From Capsulimonadaceae bacterium (GTDB lineage Bacteria; Armatimonadota; Armatimonadia; Armatimonadales; Capsulimonadaceae): 64,000 nucleotides of DNA. The stretch covers positions 1,568,001 through 1,632,000 of the forward strand of contig OZ244065.1 of the NCBI GenBank assembly GCA_965215505.1. Direction: 5' to 3'. The position numbers and the translations under genes were made by a program. This document shows, one piece after another, positions 21,479 through 30,938 of this stretch. The notes beneath the pieces are model-generated. The model ran no database searches. It had not been told where the DNA came from and saw only the letters and a program-made list of their open reading frames with translations. Each line of letters begins with the position of its first letter. The stretch's first letter is position 1.

Positions 21479-22633
21479 CTAGCTCCGGACTGAAGGTGGG
21501 AGCAGCACCGGCTTGATGCAGTTGTCGAGTTTCGCGGAGAAGATCCGGTATCCGTCCGACACATACTCCAAAGGGATGCGGTGAGTAATCAGCGCCTTCG
21601 GGTCGAGGACGCCGCTCTGGACGTGCGCGATCAGGCGCGGGAGCAGCCGCTTCACCGAGGCCTGGTTGGCCCGGATGGTCAAGCCCTTGTTCACCACGTT
21701 CCCGATGGGGACGAGGGCGTCTATGGGGCCGTACACGCCGACGATGGAGACGACCCCGCCCTTCCGCACGGAGTTGATCGCCCAGTGGAGCGATGTGGCC
21801 GCTCCGCCCACCAGCTTCATCCCCCGGCCGAGGACCGCCTGTGCCACGCTGCCGTTTGCCTCCGCCCCCACCGCGTCGATGCAGACGTCCGCGCCAAGCC
21901 CGTCGGTCGCCTTCTTCATGAACAGCACGGGGTCGCCGATCTCCTTGAAGTTGTAGGCCTCACAGGGCGCGTAGTTCCGCACGAAGTCCAGCCGGTAATC
22001 CACCTGGTCTATCACGATGACCCGGCCCGCCCCGAAGAGCCAGGCGGACCGGGCCGCCATGATGCCCACCGGCCCGGCCCCGAAGACCGCGACCGTGTCG
22101 CCGGGCTGGATGCCGCCCATCTCGGCGGCCTGATAGCCGGTCGGCACCACGTCGGCGAGCATCACCGCGTCGTCCGGGTCCATGCCGTGGGGGATGACCG
22201 TGGGGCCGACATCCGCATAGGGGACACGGACGTACTCCGCCTGCCCGCCGTCGTAGCCGCCCGCCGTGTGCGAGTAGCCGAAGATGCCGCCGACCGCCGT
22301 GGCCTGGGGGTTGGACTCGTGGCAGTTCCCGTACAGCTCCTGCCGGCAGAAGACGCACTTCCCGCAGGCGATGTTGAACGGCACGATGACGTGGTCGCCG
22401 ACCTTCAGCTTTTGCACGTCGGGGCCGATCTGCTCCACCACGCCGGTGACCTCGTGCCCGAACGTCATCCCCACCCGCGTGTCCGGCACGGACCCGTTGT
22501 ACAGGTGCAGGTCGGACCCGCAGATGCAGGCGCGCGTCACCCGGACGATGGCGTCCTCCGGGTGCAGTATCTCCGGCATGGGTTTGTGGTCGATGCGGAC
22601 CCGCTGAGGCCCCCGGAAGTTCATCGCAAGCAT
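21479..22633 (-). CDS. zinc-dependent alcohol/formaldehyde dehydrogenase (MDR family)
   Basis: ICGSDLH, GHE, CGKC.FC, GGQAEYVRVP, GAGPVG; start MLAMNFRG. Confidence 0.92.
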   Translation of the reverse strand: MLAMNFRGPQRVRIDHKPMPEILHPEDAIVRVTRACICGSDLHLYNGSVPDTRVGMTFGHEVTGVVEQIGPDVQKLKVGDHVIVPFNIACGKCVFCRQELYGNCHESNPQATAVGGIFGYSHTAGGYDGGQAEYVRVPYADVGPTVIPHGMDPDDAVMLADVVPTGYQAAEMGGIQPGDTVAVFGAGPVGIMAARSAWLFGAGRVIVIDQVDYRLDFVRNYAPCEAYNFKEIGDPVLFMKKATDGLGADVCIDAVGAEANGSVAQAVLGRGMKLVGGAATSLHWAINSVRKGGVVSIVGVYGPIDALVPIGNVVNKGLTIRANQASVKRLLPRLIAHVQSGVLDPKALITHRIPLEYVSDGYRIFSAKLDNCIKPVLLPPSVRS

Positions 22634-22695
22634 GGTGGCTCCTTCTCTCATGTCCCGCCGCCCGCCGCCTTCATTGTCGCCGCGCGCCGCTGTCC

Positions 22696-22788
22696 TGCAA
22701 ATACCCACCCCACCCTGCCGCAAAACGGAGGCGGCACACAGTAACGGCATCAGCCGCCTTGCATCAGCCGCCGCAGCGCGGAGCCGGG
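22696..22788. repeat. diverged direct-repeat copy of the mtlD 3' end and 3' flank (partner 27220-27312)
   Basis: 93-bp ungapped alignment, about 19 mismatches by hand count; encodes PGSALRRLMQGG* versus PGSALWRLMQSH*. Confidence 0.85.
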
Positions 22789-22793
22789 GGCCC

Positions 22794-22835
22794 GTCAAGT
22801 CAGGGCGCAAAAAAGCGCCCCGATGGGGCGCTTTC
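22794..22835 (-). terminator. terminator hairpin within a repeat also present at 20361-20387
   Basis: GTCAAGTCAG(G)GCGCAAAAAAGCGCCCC at both sites; full hairpin only here. Confidence 0.75.
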
Positions 22836-22909
22836 GCTGTTAGAAGTGCCTAGGCTGTAGGGGCGGGATCCCCGCGCCCTCTTTCCCTGCCCCGCCCTCC
22901 TTCCCTGCC

Positions 22910-23229
22910 TGGCCCCGTCGCTCACCAGCGCGAACTGCCCCGTGCTGTCGGTCTTGGCGACGCGCTGGCCCAAGCCATTGTAGAGGAAGGTGTCGTTCTG
23001 GCCGACGGAGTTGGTCACCGCCGTCAGCCGGTCCGCGTCGTCGAAGGTGAAGGTGTAGAAGGTGCCGTAGTAGTTCAGCCCGGTCTGGTTGCCGTTGGCG
23101 TCGTAGCCGTAAACTTCGCCCCCTGCGTTCCCGCTCGCCAGCTTGTCGTGCGCGTCGTAGACGAACGACTGGGACGGCTGGCCCCCGCTGGTCTGCGTCA
23201 GCCGGTTGCCGTTGTGGTCAAGGCTGAAC
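22910..23229 (-). pseudogene. orphan Rhs/YD-repeat fragment
   Basis: DHNGNRLTQT..YDAHDKL..YDANGN..DDADRL..YNGLGQR, homologous to 26330-26630; no start, truncated near a REP at 22857. Confidence 0.85.
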
Positions 23230-23284
23230 TCCGAGCTGGGTGCTACTAATTCGTCAAGGAATGCTGTAGTACTAGGCGTAGGTT

Positions 23285-24004
23285 TTAAGCGGATTCCTCT
23301 TGACCATCGAGCGCATCCTGCAAGTTGAGCTGTAACTCGGCGTCACCCGGAACAAAATCCAGCCCATGACGACAGGCGGACGCAGCTTCCTCATGGCGGC
23401 CCAGATCATTCAAGGTCAGGCCAAGATTATTGTATGCGTCTGCATAATCTGGCTTGATTCTGATAGCAGTTTGGTATTCGCCAACGGCTTCTTCCAACCG
23501 ATCTAGCTGCCTTAGAGCGTTTCCTAAGCTGTAATGTATGTCAGGCTCATTCGGGGCGAGGCGTAGGGCTTTGCGATAGGTCGCAACCGCCTCATGAAAC
23601 CGACCAGCCTCTTTCAACCTGACGGCCAGATTGTAGTGGTTATCAACATCCGGGTCAAGGCGAAGAGCTTCCTGGTAACAAGGGATGGCCTGGTTGAAAT
23701 CCCCCTTGGCTGCGAAGATATTTCCCATCATTTCATGCGCGAAGGCATCCTCCGGAGTCAGCCTAAGAAGCTCATGCCCTATAAGAAGCGCCTCATCCAG
23801 CTCACCATTGTCTTCCAGAGCCATGATTAACTTAGACAGAGTTAGGCTGAAATCAGGGTCTTGACGATTGGGGTCCTGATGTTCAGTGGCTTGATGTAGT
23901 GCCTCTTTGTACTCCAGGACGGCCTCCCTTATGTTGCCTTGCTCTCTGAAGTAGTCCCCTCGGTCAAAATGGTGCTGAAAGCGATTGCTGGCGTCGCTAA
24001 TCAT
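23285..24004 (-). CDS. TPR-repeat protein, possible immunity protein
   Basis: Repeated A...LG.AL...G...EA...Y..A....P; lower GC; downstream of a toxin-tip remnant. Confidence 0.85.
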   Translation of the reverse strand: MISDASNRFQHHFDRGDYFREQGNIREAVLEYKEALHQATEHQDPNRQDPDFSLTLSKLIMALEDNGELDEALLIGHELLRLTPEDAFAHEMMGNIFAAKGDFNQAIPCYQEALRLDPDVDNHYNLAVRLKEAGRFHEAVATYRKALRLAPNEPDIHYSLGNALRQLDRLEEAVGEYQTAIRIKPDYADAYNNLGLTLNDLGRHEEAASACRHGLDFVPGDAELQLNLQDALDGQEESA

Positions 24005-24045
24005 TACATCTTTGCCTTTCACACGAACTGCCCTCACGGGGAAGC

Positions 24046-24228
24046 TTAAAACCATCCGAAGGGGTCAAACTCAGGCTCGACCGTCCCCTCGCCTTCACCC
24101 TCATACACCTCACCCTCACCCAAAGGTTGCCGATAGCCCCTCATCTTGAGCAATTCCTCCTCCCCCTCGTTCCTTTCTTGAGCCTCCCTCATACGCTTTA
24201 TGGACCCGTCAGGATCGCGAGTTGATTT
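24046..24228 (-). pseudogene. C-terminal remnant of a probable Rhs toxin tip cut by IS3
   Basis: Open 60-codon frame (KSTRDPDG...FDPFGWF*) from the IS end to just before the TPR gene. Confidence 0.45.
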
Positions 24229-24294
24229 TGACCTTTCCCCCAAAAACTGTACCATTCGCAAGGTGAGTATTGACCCGAAAGGTAGAATACTCGA

Positions 24295-24561
24295 ATGCAG
24301 AAGAGCCAGTTCACCGACGCGCAGATCGTCGCCATCTTGCAGCAGGCCGAGAAGGGCGAACAGACTATCGCCGAAGTCTGCCGCCAGCACAACGTCTCCG
24401 AGAACAGCTTCTACCGCTGGCGCTCGCGCTTCGGCAGTGCGACCGTCAATGAAGCCGCCCGCCTGCGCGAGCTGGAAAAAGAGAACGCCCGCCTCAAGCG
24501 CCTGCTCGCCGAGCGCGACCTGGAGGTCGACATCATCAAGGAGATCCTGCAAAAAAAGTAG
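24295..24561 (+). CDS. IS3 transposase OrfA
   Basis: SQFTDAQIVAIL, HTH, RLRELEKENARLKRLLAE; ends in the A AAA AAG -1 frameshift motif. Confidence 0.93.
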   Translation: MQKSQFTDAQIVAILQQAEKGEQTIAEVCRQHNVSENSFYRWRSRFGSATVNEAARLRELEKENARLKRLLAERDLEVDIIKEILQKK

Positions 24562-24596
24562 CCGAGGCCGCCGACCCGCTGGCCGAGGGGCGCGCG

Positions 24597-25418
24597 GTGG
24601 TCTCGCAGGCGGTGGAGCGCGGCCTCTCACAGCGCCAAGCCTGCCGCCTGGCGAAAATCTCGCGTTCCAGCGCCCGCTACCAGGCGCACCCGCGTGACGA
24701 CCAGCCGCTCCGGGAGCAGCTTGAGCGGATCAAGCGGAAGCACCCGCGCTTCGGCATCCCGCGCGCCCACGCGCTCTTGCGGGCGGGCGGCCACCTCGTC
24801 AACCGCAAGCGCGTGGAGCGCGTCTGGCGAAAGAGCGGCCTGCAAGTGCCGCAGTGCCCGAAGAAGCGCAAGGTCAGGGCGGGGCGGCGCGTGCCCTGCC
24901 AGGCGGAGCACCCCGACCACGTCTGGAGCTACGACTTCCAGGAGGACGGGCTGCTCTCTGGTCGCAAGATCCGCCTGCTGAACATCCTGGACGAGTTCAC
25001 GCGCGAGTGGCTGTCCGTGACGGTGGGCGTGTCCCTGACCAGCGGGGCAGTGCTTGCCGCCTTGAAGCCGTTGTTCGCTGTGCGCGGCGTCCCGCGCTTC
25101 GTCCGCAGCGACAACGGTCCCGAGTTCATCGCGGGCGAGGTCCAGAGCCTGCTTTCGAGCAGCGGCTCCGCGCCGCACTACATCGACCCTGGCTGCCCGT
25201 GGCAGAACGGGTTCCAGGAGAGCTTCCACGGCAAACTGCGCGACGAGTTGCTTGACCGCGAGGTCTTCGCCTCGGTTCAGGACGCCCAGGTGCGGCTGGG
25301 AGCGCATCGGCTCTGGTACAATGAGGAGCGTCCGCACAGCAGCCTGAAGTATGTGCCGCCCGCCGCGTATGCGCGGGCCTGGCAACGGGAGCAGGCGGAA
25401 AAGAAGCCGCCCGGCTAG
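24597..25418 (+). CDS. IS3 transposase OrfB (DDE), -1 frame relative to OrfA
   Basis: WSYDF, DEFTRE, SDNGPEF, PWQNGFQESF, YNEERPHSSL. Confidence 0.95.
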   Translation: MVSQAVERGLSQRQACRLAKISRSSARYQAHPRDDQPLREQLERIKRKHPRFGIPRAHALLRAGGHLVNRKRVERVWRKSGLQVPQCPKKRKVRAGRRVPCQAEHPDHVWSYDFQEDGLLSGRKIRLLNILDEFTREWLSVTVGVSLTSGAVLAALKPLFAVRGVPRFVRSDNGPEFIAGEVQSLLSSSGSAPHYIDPGCPWQNGFQESFHGKLRDELLDREVFASVQDAQVRLGAHRLWYNEERPHSSLKYVPPAAYARAWQREQAEKKPPG

Positions 25419-25466
25419 ACAACAGAAGCGCTCACTCTGCCCGTGGTGCATAAAACGGGGGAAACG

Positions 25467-27200
25467 TCACATTCCTGCCGCGATCTCACCAAACTTGAGA
25501 TTGAGACGTAGCCCGGCTAGCATGGCCCCAAATCCATAATCGCCTAAAACATCGTAAGCATGATACAAGGGGTTTTTCCCTAAGCCGACCAGCCTGTTTT
25601 TCGGATCGCCACTTGATGTCGGATGAAAATGGGTGTAGGCATACCGCACTTTGTCAGCAAAAGTGGGCATTATCTTGAAGGACGCAGAGCCAATGTGGAA
25701 TGAGAATAGAGGGGTGTTTGCGAAATTCCGCGCCGCATTGAAGCTGTTAGTCACATTGTAGCCAGTGATGTTGTGACTCATGCTAACTTGTGAGCCGACC
25801 GTGAACTGGAAGAGGACATTCCCGTTTTTGTCGGTCTCTTTGTAGACATCACCAACCTCGGTGTTCGGGTCTGACATCACACGGTTGACTATGTCCGTCT
25901 CCGACATGCCACTTGAGTTGAAGGGCGCGCATACTAAGCCACTGGGATCAGACCGATTCAAGGGACTGTTGCCGCAGTAGGCGTACCAGTTGTTCCCCGC
26001 CTCCACCGGGTCCTGAGAGATGAACCGCCCCGTCCGGCTGTCATAGTACCGATGCCCCAGCAGCTTCAAGCCGCTGTCCCCGTCCGACTGATACCCCGCC
26101 TCCCCGTTCCACGCAAAAGCCGTCGGGTTGTTCCCGAACCGGCTCACGCTGTTGCCGAAGGCGTCCCAGTTATACCCGTCCGTCGCACTCTGCCCGCCGT
26201 CCAGCAGGCCCCGGCTGTTGCCCTGCGCGTCCGCGACGTAGAACCGGCTCCCCAGGGCGTTGTACTCGCTGATGCCCGGCGTGAACGTCGTGTGCGCGTC
26301 CGAAAGCACGTCCGAGGCGGGGGAAACGCCGTCGGCCAGGTACGAGTAGCTGCCCGTCGGGTCGCTCTTGGACAGACGCATCCCCACACCCGTGTACCCG
26401 TAGCTGTCGCCGTGGCCGTCGGGGAACTGCTGGCTGACCAGCCGGTCCTCGTCGTCCCACACGAAGGTCGTCGTCTGCCCGTTCACCGTCTGCGAGATCA
26501 GGTTCCCGTTCGGGTCGTAGCCCTCGCTCTCGTTCAGGCCCCCCGTCAGCTTGTCGTGCGCGTCGTAGCTGAACTGCTGCACCAAGGCCCCGTTCACCGT
26601 CTGCGTCAGCCGGTTGCCGTTGTGGTCGTAGCTGTACTCGTGGTCGAAGGCCACCGGACCCGTCCGCACCTCCGAAAGAAGCTGGTTCATCCCGTCATAC
26701 AGGAACGTGTTCACGCCCCCGTCGCTCTCCGAGCGCGACGCCAGGCTGCCGGCGGGCGTGTAGGTGTAGTGGTGGCTGTACGAGCCGCCCACAGCCGGGT
26801 AGCCGAACTGGAGGTCCTTCAGCAGCCCGCTCAGGGGGTCGTATCCGTAGCTGATCGTCGCGCTGTTCCCCAGCGTCTTCTGCCGCACCGTCCCGTCGTC
26901 GTTGTAGGCGAACGTGGTCGTCTCCCCGAACGGGTTCTGGAGGGTATACAGCCGGTCGCCCGCGTCATAGACGTAGGTGTAGGCAGCCATCGAGTTGGAC
27001 GGGTTGAGGCCCGGTGCCCTCATGGTCTTGCGCTCCCCGCCCGCGTAGTAGGAGTAGTACACATCCCCCCGGCCGCTGTTGAGGTGCGTCAGGTGCAGCC
27101 CGTCGTCATAGTACCAGGTCGTCGTCCCGTTCCCGTTCGCGTCGTAGCCGTTCGTCGGGGTCGTGCCGATGCTCTCGCTCGTGCCGTCCTGGTAGGCGGC
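25467..27200 (-). pseudogene. Rhs repeat protein with core and toxin tip; 5'-truncated and 3'-cut by IS3
   Basis: YD repeats, RYYD..TGRFISQDP, YAYCGNSPLNRSDPSGL, then a low-GC tip; the stop codon is supplied by the IS end. Confidence 0.88.
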
Positions 27201-27273
27201 TCGTTGCGGGCCATCGTCTTGCAAGTACCCAGCCTACCGCGCCGCAAAACGGGGACGGCACCTACCGCCGGCA

Positions 27274-28422
27274 TCAGTGGCTTTGCATCAGCCGCCACAA
27301 TGCGGAGCCGGGCGCGATGCCGGTCACGGCTTCCAGGGCGGCGTCATCCCCCTCTTTCTGCCTTCGGGCCTGTAGCTCCTGCGCGCTCGGGTCATCGGGG
27401 GCATCGTAGTGGAACGCGGCTTGGATGACCTGTGCCAGCGCGTCCGGGGCGATGGAGTGTTTGAGGCAAAGGGCGGCAGCCCCGACGAGCCGGTCGTCGG
27501 GCCGGAGTTTGCGGAGCGGGTCGGCGGCGACGCGGGCGACGGTGTCGCCGAGGGCGCGGCAAGCGAAGCGGCGCAGGAGGTCGTCGGCGAAAGCCGTGAG
27601 GTCGGCCCGCGACAGCCCGTACTCGGCGATCAGGGCCGATACGGCTTCGGCCAGGGCGGCGCGGCAGACGGCGGAGACGGCCGGGTCGGCGGCGCACTGC
27701 CAGATGAACTCGTGGCCGCGCGCATGGCCCAGGTAGGCCAGGGCGGCGTGGCTCATGTTGTGGACGTAGAGCTTGCGCGCCTCATACGCTTCAAAGTCGG
27801 CGGCCAGAATCAGGCCGGGCAGGGCGGGCGGGTCCGAGCGGAGCATGGCCCGCGCGATGGGCAGTTCTTTGTACGGCTCGGCGACGACCAGCAGCGGGTC
27901 CTCGGCGCGCTGCTGGTCGGTGGCCATCGGGACCATGCGCCCGATGACGGTCTCGACCAGGCCGACCCGCGTGTCGAAATACGCCCGCGCCTCGGGGGCG
28001 ATGTGTGGGAGGAGCAGGCCGCGCACCGTGGCGGCGGCGTGCCACTGGTTCTCGCACAGCAGGATGTCAAGGGGGCCACTGTTGGCTGCCGCGCGGGCGT
28101 TGATGCCGGCGGCCAGGGCGGGCGCGACGCGGGGCAGGATGCTGACGCCGACGGCGACGCTGACGAGGTCCGCCCCGGTGACCGCCCGCGTGACTGCGTC
28201 GGCGTCCCGCCGGGCGTCCAAAGCGCGCAGGCGGCCCATAGACAAATCCCGCGTCCCGGCATCAGACACCAGGCGCAGCGGGTACGCACCGCGCGCGCTC
28301 AGGGCGTCCACCAGGGCCGTGTCGGTGTCCACGAACGTCGTATGGTAGCCGGCCTCGAACAGCAGTTGGCCGAGGAAGCCGCGCCCGATCTTGCCCGCAC
28401 CGAACTGGACGGCCTCTCTCAT
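27274..28422 (-). CDS. mtlD: mannitol-1-phosphate 5-dehydrogenase family protein
   Basis: AVQFGAGKIGRGF, CEN, IGRMVP, RKLYVHNMSHA, DP.RKL...DRL. Confidence 0.85.
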   Translation of the reverse strand: MREAVQFGAGKIGRGFLGQLLFEAGYHTTFVDTDTALVDALSARGAYPLRLVSDAGTRDLSMGRLRALDARRDADAVTRAVTGADLVSVAVGVSILPRVAPALAAGINARAAANSGPLDILLCENQWHAAATVRGLLLPHIAPEARAYFDTRVGLVETVIGRMVPMATDQQRAEDPLLVVAEPYKELPIARAMLRSDPPALPGLILAADFEAYEARKLYVHNMSHAALAYLGHARGHEFIWQCAADPAVSAVCRAALAEAVSALIAEYGLSRADLTAFADDLLRRFACRALGDTVARVAADPLRKLRPDDRLVGAAALCLKHSIAPDALAQVIQAAFHYDAPDDPSAQELQARRQKEGDDAALEAVTGIAPGSALWRLMQSH

Positions 28423-28433
28423 GGTGGTTTCCC

Positions 28434-28463
28434 TTGACATTCGGCCTACGCGCGGCCTATAAT
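28434..28463 (+). promoter_or_regulatory. sigma70 promoter, probably leaderless
   Basis: TTGACA-N18-TATAAT, ATG 7 nt downstream. Confidence 0.7.
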
Positions 28464-28470
28464 GTCTGAA

Positions 28471-29238
28471 ATGTCCGTCTCCGTGATTATACCCGCCTTC
28501 AACGAGGCGGAACGCCTGCCGCTGACCCTGAGCGCGACCGTGGACTACTTCGCGGCCCGCCCCGAGCCGTTCGAGCTGCTTGTCGTGGATGACGGCAGCA
28601 CGGACGCCACGGCCCAGGTCGTCGAGGACTTCGCCCGGCAGCACCCCGCCTTCTCGATCCAGTGCCTCGGCTACGGCGGCAACCGGGGCAAGGGGTACGC
28701 GGTGCGCTATGGGATGCTGCGCGCGGGTGGCGACACGCGCCTGTTCTGCGACGCGGACCTTGCGACCCCCGCCGAGGAGTACGAGGTCGTGCGGGCGGCG
28801 ATGGAGCGGGACGGGACCCCCATCGGGATCGGCTCGCGCCCCCTGCGGGCCTCCAGCCTCCTGGTGCATCAGCCCTGGTATCGGGAGTGGCTGGGGCGCG
28901 GCTTCAACAAGGCCGTGCAGATTTTGGCCGTGCCGGGCATCGCCGACACGCAGTGCGGGTTCAAAGTGTTCACGGCGGAGGCCGCGACGGACGTCTTCTC
29001 GCGCTGCCGGCTGGACGGGTTCGCCTTCGACAGCGAGGCGCTTTACATCGCCCGGCGGCTCGGTTACGGCATCTCCGAGGTGCCGATCCGCTGGTCGCAC
29101 AAGGACGGCTCCAAGGTCAGCATGGTCCGCGACGGCCTGCGTATGCTCCGCGACCTGTCCCTCATCCGCTGGACACACCGCCGACTACAGAAAGAGACGA
29201 AGCCCCGGACCGCCCCCACCGCCCACCCCAAAGCATGA
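28471..29238 (+). CDS. GT2 glycosyltransferase (dolichyl-phosphate glucosyltransferase-like)
   Basis: SVIIPAFNE, VDDGSTD, NRGKGYAV, DADL, DTQCGFK. Confidence 0.92.
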   Translation: MSVSVIIPAFNEAERLPLTLSATVDYFAARPEPFELLVVDDGSTDATAQVVEDFARQHPAFSIQCLGYGGNRGKGYAVRYGMLRAGGDTRLFCDADLATPAEEYEVVRAAMERDGTPIGIGSRPLRASSLLVHQPWYREWLGRGFNKAVQILAVPGIADTQCGFKVFTAEAATDVFSRCRLDGFAFDSEALYIARRLGYGISEVPIRWSHKDGSKVSMVRDGLRMLRDLSLIRWTHRRLQKETKPRTAPTAHPKA

Positions 29239-30017
29239 AACACGAAGAATACGAGCGGATGTACCGCTTCGAGGACCGCTACTGGTGGTTCGTCGCCCGC
29301 CGCCACCTGATCACCAGCCTGCTCCGGTCGCACTACCCCCAGGACGGACGCTTGCAGATCCTGGACATCGGCTGCGGGACCGGCGCGATGCTGGACGAAT
29401 TGGCCCACTTCGGCCACGTCGTCGGCGCGGACTATGCGCCCGAGGCCTTGCAGTTCTGCATCACCCGCAATGTCGGCGCGGACCTCGCCCGCGCCGACGT
29501 CCGCCGGCTGCCCTTCGCGGACGCCTCGTTTGACGTGGTGACCGCCATGGACATCGTCGAACACATTGACGACGACAAGGCCGCCTCCTGCGAGGTCTTC
29601 CGCGTCCTGAAGCCCGGCGGCCGGCTGCTCGTGACCGTCCCCGCCTTCCCCTCCCTGTGGAGCGAACACGACGAGGCCCTGCACCACTTCCGCCGCTACA
29701 CCGCGCCGCACCTGCGGGACTTGTTCCAGCGCGTCGGACTGGCCGTGGACAAGGTCTCCTACACCGTCACCACCCTGTTCCCGCTGATCTGGGTGTTCCG
29801 CCAGGTCAGCAACCTGCTCCCCAAGCGGCGCGGCGAGGGCGAGAAGCAGGCGAACCTGATCAACTTCGCCGGCCCGGTCAACGCCGCCCTGCTGGCCCTC
29901 TCGCGCTGGGAGACGGGCCTCGTCGCCCGTCAGGACCTCCCCTTCGGCGTCACCGTCGTCTGCGTCGCCCGCAAGCCCGAGGGCGCGGCGGGCGGCGTCC
30001 GGAAGGCGCTGCCATGA
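29235..30017 (+). CDS. class I SAM-dependent methyltransferase
   Basis: LDIGCGTG, LPFADASFD, DIVEH, LKPGG. Confidence 0.9.
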   Translation: MKHEEYERMYRFEDRYWWFVARRHLITSLLRSHYPQDGRLQILDIGCGTGAMLDELAHFGHVVGADYAPEALQFCITRNVGADLARADVRRLPFADASFDVVTAMDIVEHIDDDKAASCEVFRVLKPGGRLLVTVPAFPSLWSEHDEALHHFRRYTAPHLRDLFQRVGLAVDKVSYTVTTLFPLIWVFRQVSNLLPKRRGEGEKQANLINFAGPVNAALLALSRWETGLVARQDLPFGVTVVCVARKPEGAAGGVRKALP

Positions 30018-30892
30018 GCCGCCCGCCGCTGCCGGTCCTGGGCGCGCTGGCCGGGGCCTCCGCCCTGCTGGCCTACGCGGTCGGCGTCGAGCCGTACCTC
30101 ATCGAGACGGTCCATTTGGACCTCTACGCCCCGCGCCTGCCCGAAGCCTTCGAGGGCTATACCATCGTCCAGGTTTCGGACCTGCACATGAGTCAGATCG
30201 GCCGCCGCGAGCGCCTTCTGGAGCGCCTCGCCGCCGCCCTGCCGCCCGCCGACCTTCTGGCCTTCACCGGCGACATGATCCACACCTCGGCGGGGGCCGA
30301 GCCGTTCTTCCGGCTCGCCCGGTCCTTCCCCGCCCGCGACGGCGCGCATGCCATCTTCGGCAATTCGGAACACAAAAACGGCGTCCGCCCCTACGCCTTC
30401 TCCCGCGCCCTGGCCGAACACGACATCACGCCCCTCCTGAACCGCCACGTCGTCCTGGAGCGCGCCGGGGCGCGGATCGCTCTGGCCGGCGTGGACGACC
30501 CCGTGAACGACCTGGACCGCCTGGACGAAGCTTTGGCGGGCGTCCCCGATGACCTCTTCACCCTCCTGCTGATGCACTCCCCCGACGGCATCGCCGAGGC
30601 CGTCGTGCGCGGCGTGGACGTCGTGCTGGCCGGCCACACCCACGGCGGCCAGGTGCGCCTGCCCTACTTCGGCGCCCCCTACACCCACTCCCTGCTGGGC
30701 CGACGCATGAGCGACGGCTACTACAGCCGGGGCCGCCTGCGCCGCGCCATCGGCATCCGCCCCGGCCGCACCCAGCTCTACGTCACCCGCGGCATCGGCG
30801 TCAGCGGCCTGGCCCTGCGATTCCTGACCCGCCCCGAGTTGACCGTCCTCACCCTGCGGCGCGGCGCCCCGCACATGAAGCGCGTCTCCTGA
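30014..30892 (+). CDS. metallophosphoesterase
   Basis: SDLH, TGD, GNSE, LMHSPD, AGHTHGGQ. Confidence 0.9.
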   Translation: MSRPPLPVLGALAGASALLAYAVGVEPYLIETVHLDLYAPRLPEAFEGYTIVQVSDLHMSQIGRRERLLERLAAALPPADLLAFTGDMIHTSAGAEPFFRLARSFPARDGAHAIFGNSEHKNGVRPYAFSRALAEHDITPLLNRHVVLERAGARIALAGVDDPVNDLDRLDEALAGVPDDLFTLLLMHSPDGIAEAVVRGVDVVLAGHTHGGQVRLPYFGAPYTHSLLGRRMSDGYYSRGRLRRAIGIRPGRTQLYVTRGIGVSGLALRFLTRPELTVLTLRRGAPHMKRVS

Positions 30893-30938
30893 AAAGTGCC
30901 GAGCGAACCCTTTCGCCTCCGTTCCGCGTTAGGACCGC

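Larger units (their letters stand above)
24229..25469 (+). mobile_element. IS3-family insertion sequence (IS407-like)
   Basis: Imperfect 26-bp terminal IRs TGACCTTTCCCCCAAAAACTGTACCA / TGGTGCATAAAACGGGGGAAACGTCA; orfA and orfB; no target duplication seen. Confidence 0.93.

Noticed and set aside
24046-24630. 194-aa minus-strand ORF as a real gene
   Set aside because: Chimera of antisense IS3 orfA and the downstream remnant.
27274-29178. 634-aa mtlD
   Set aside because: The N-terminal part is antisense to the GT2 gene; the Rossmann motif starts at 28422.
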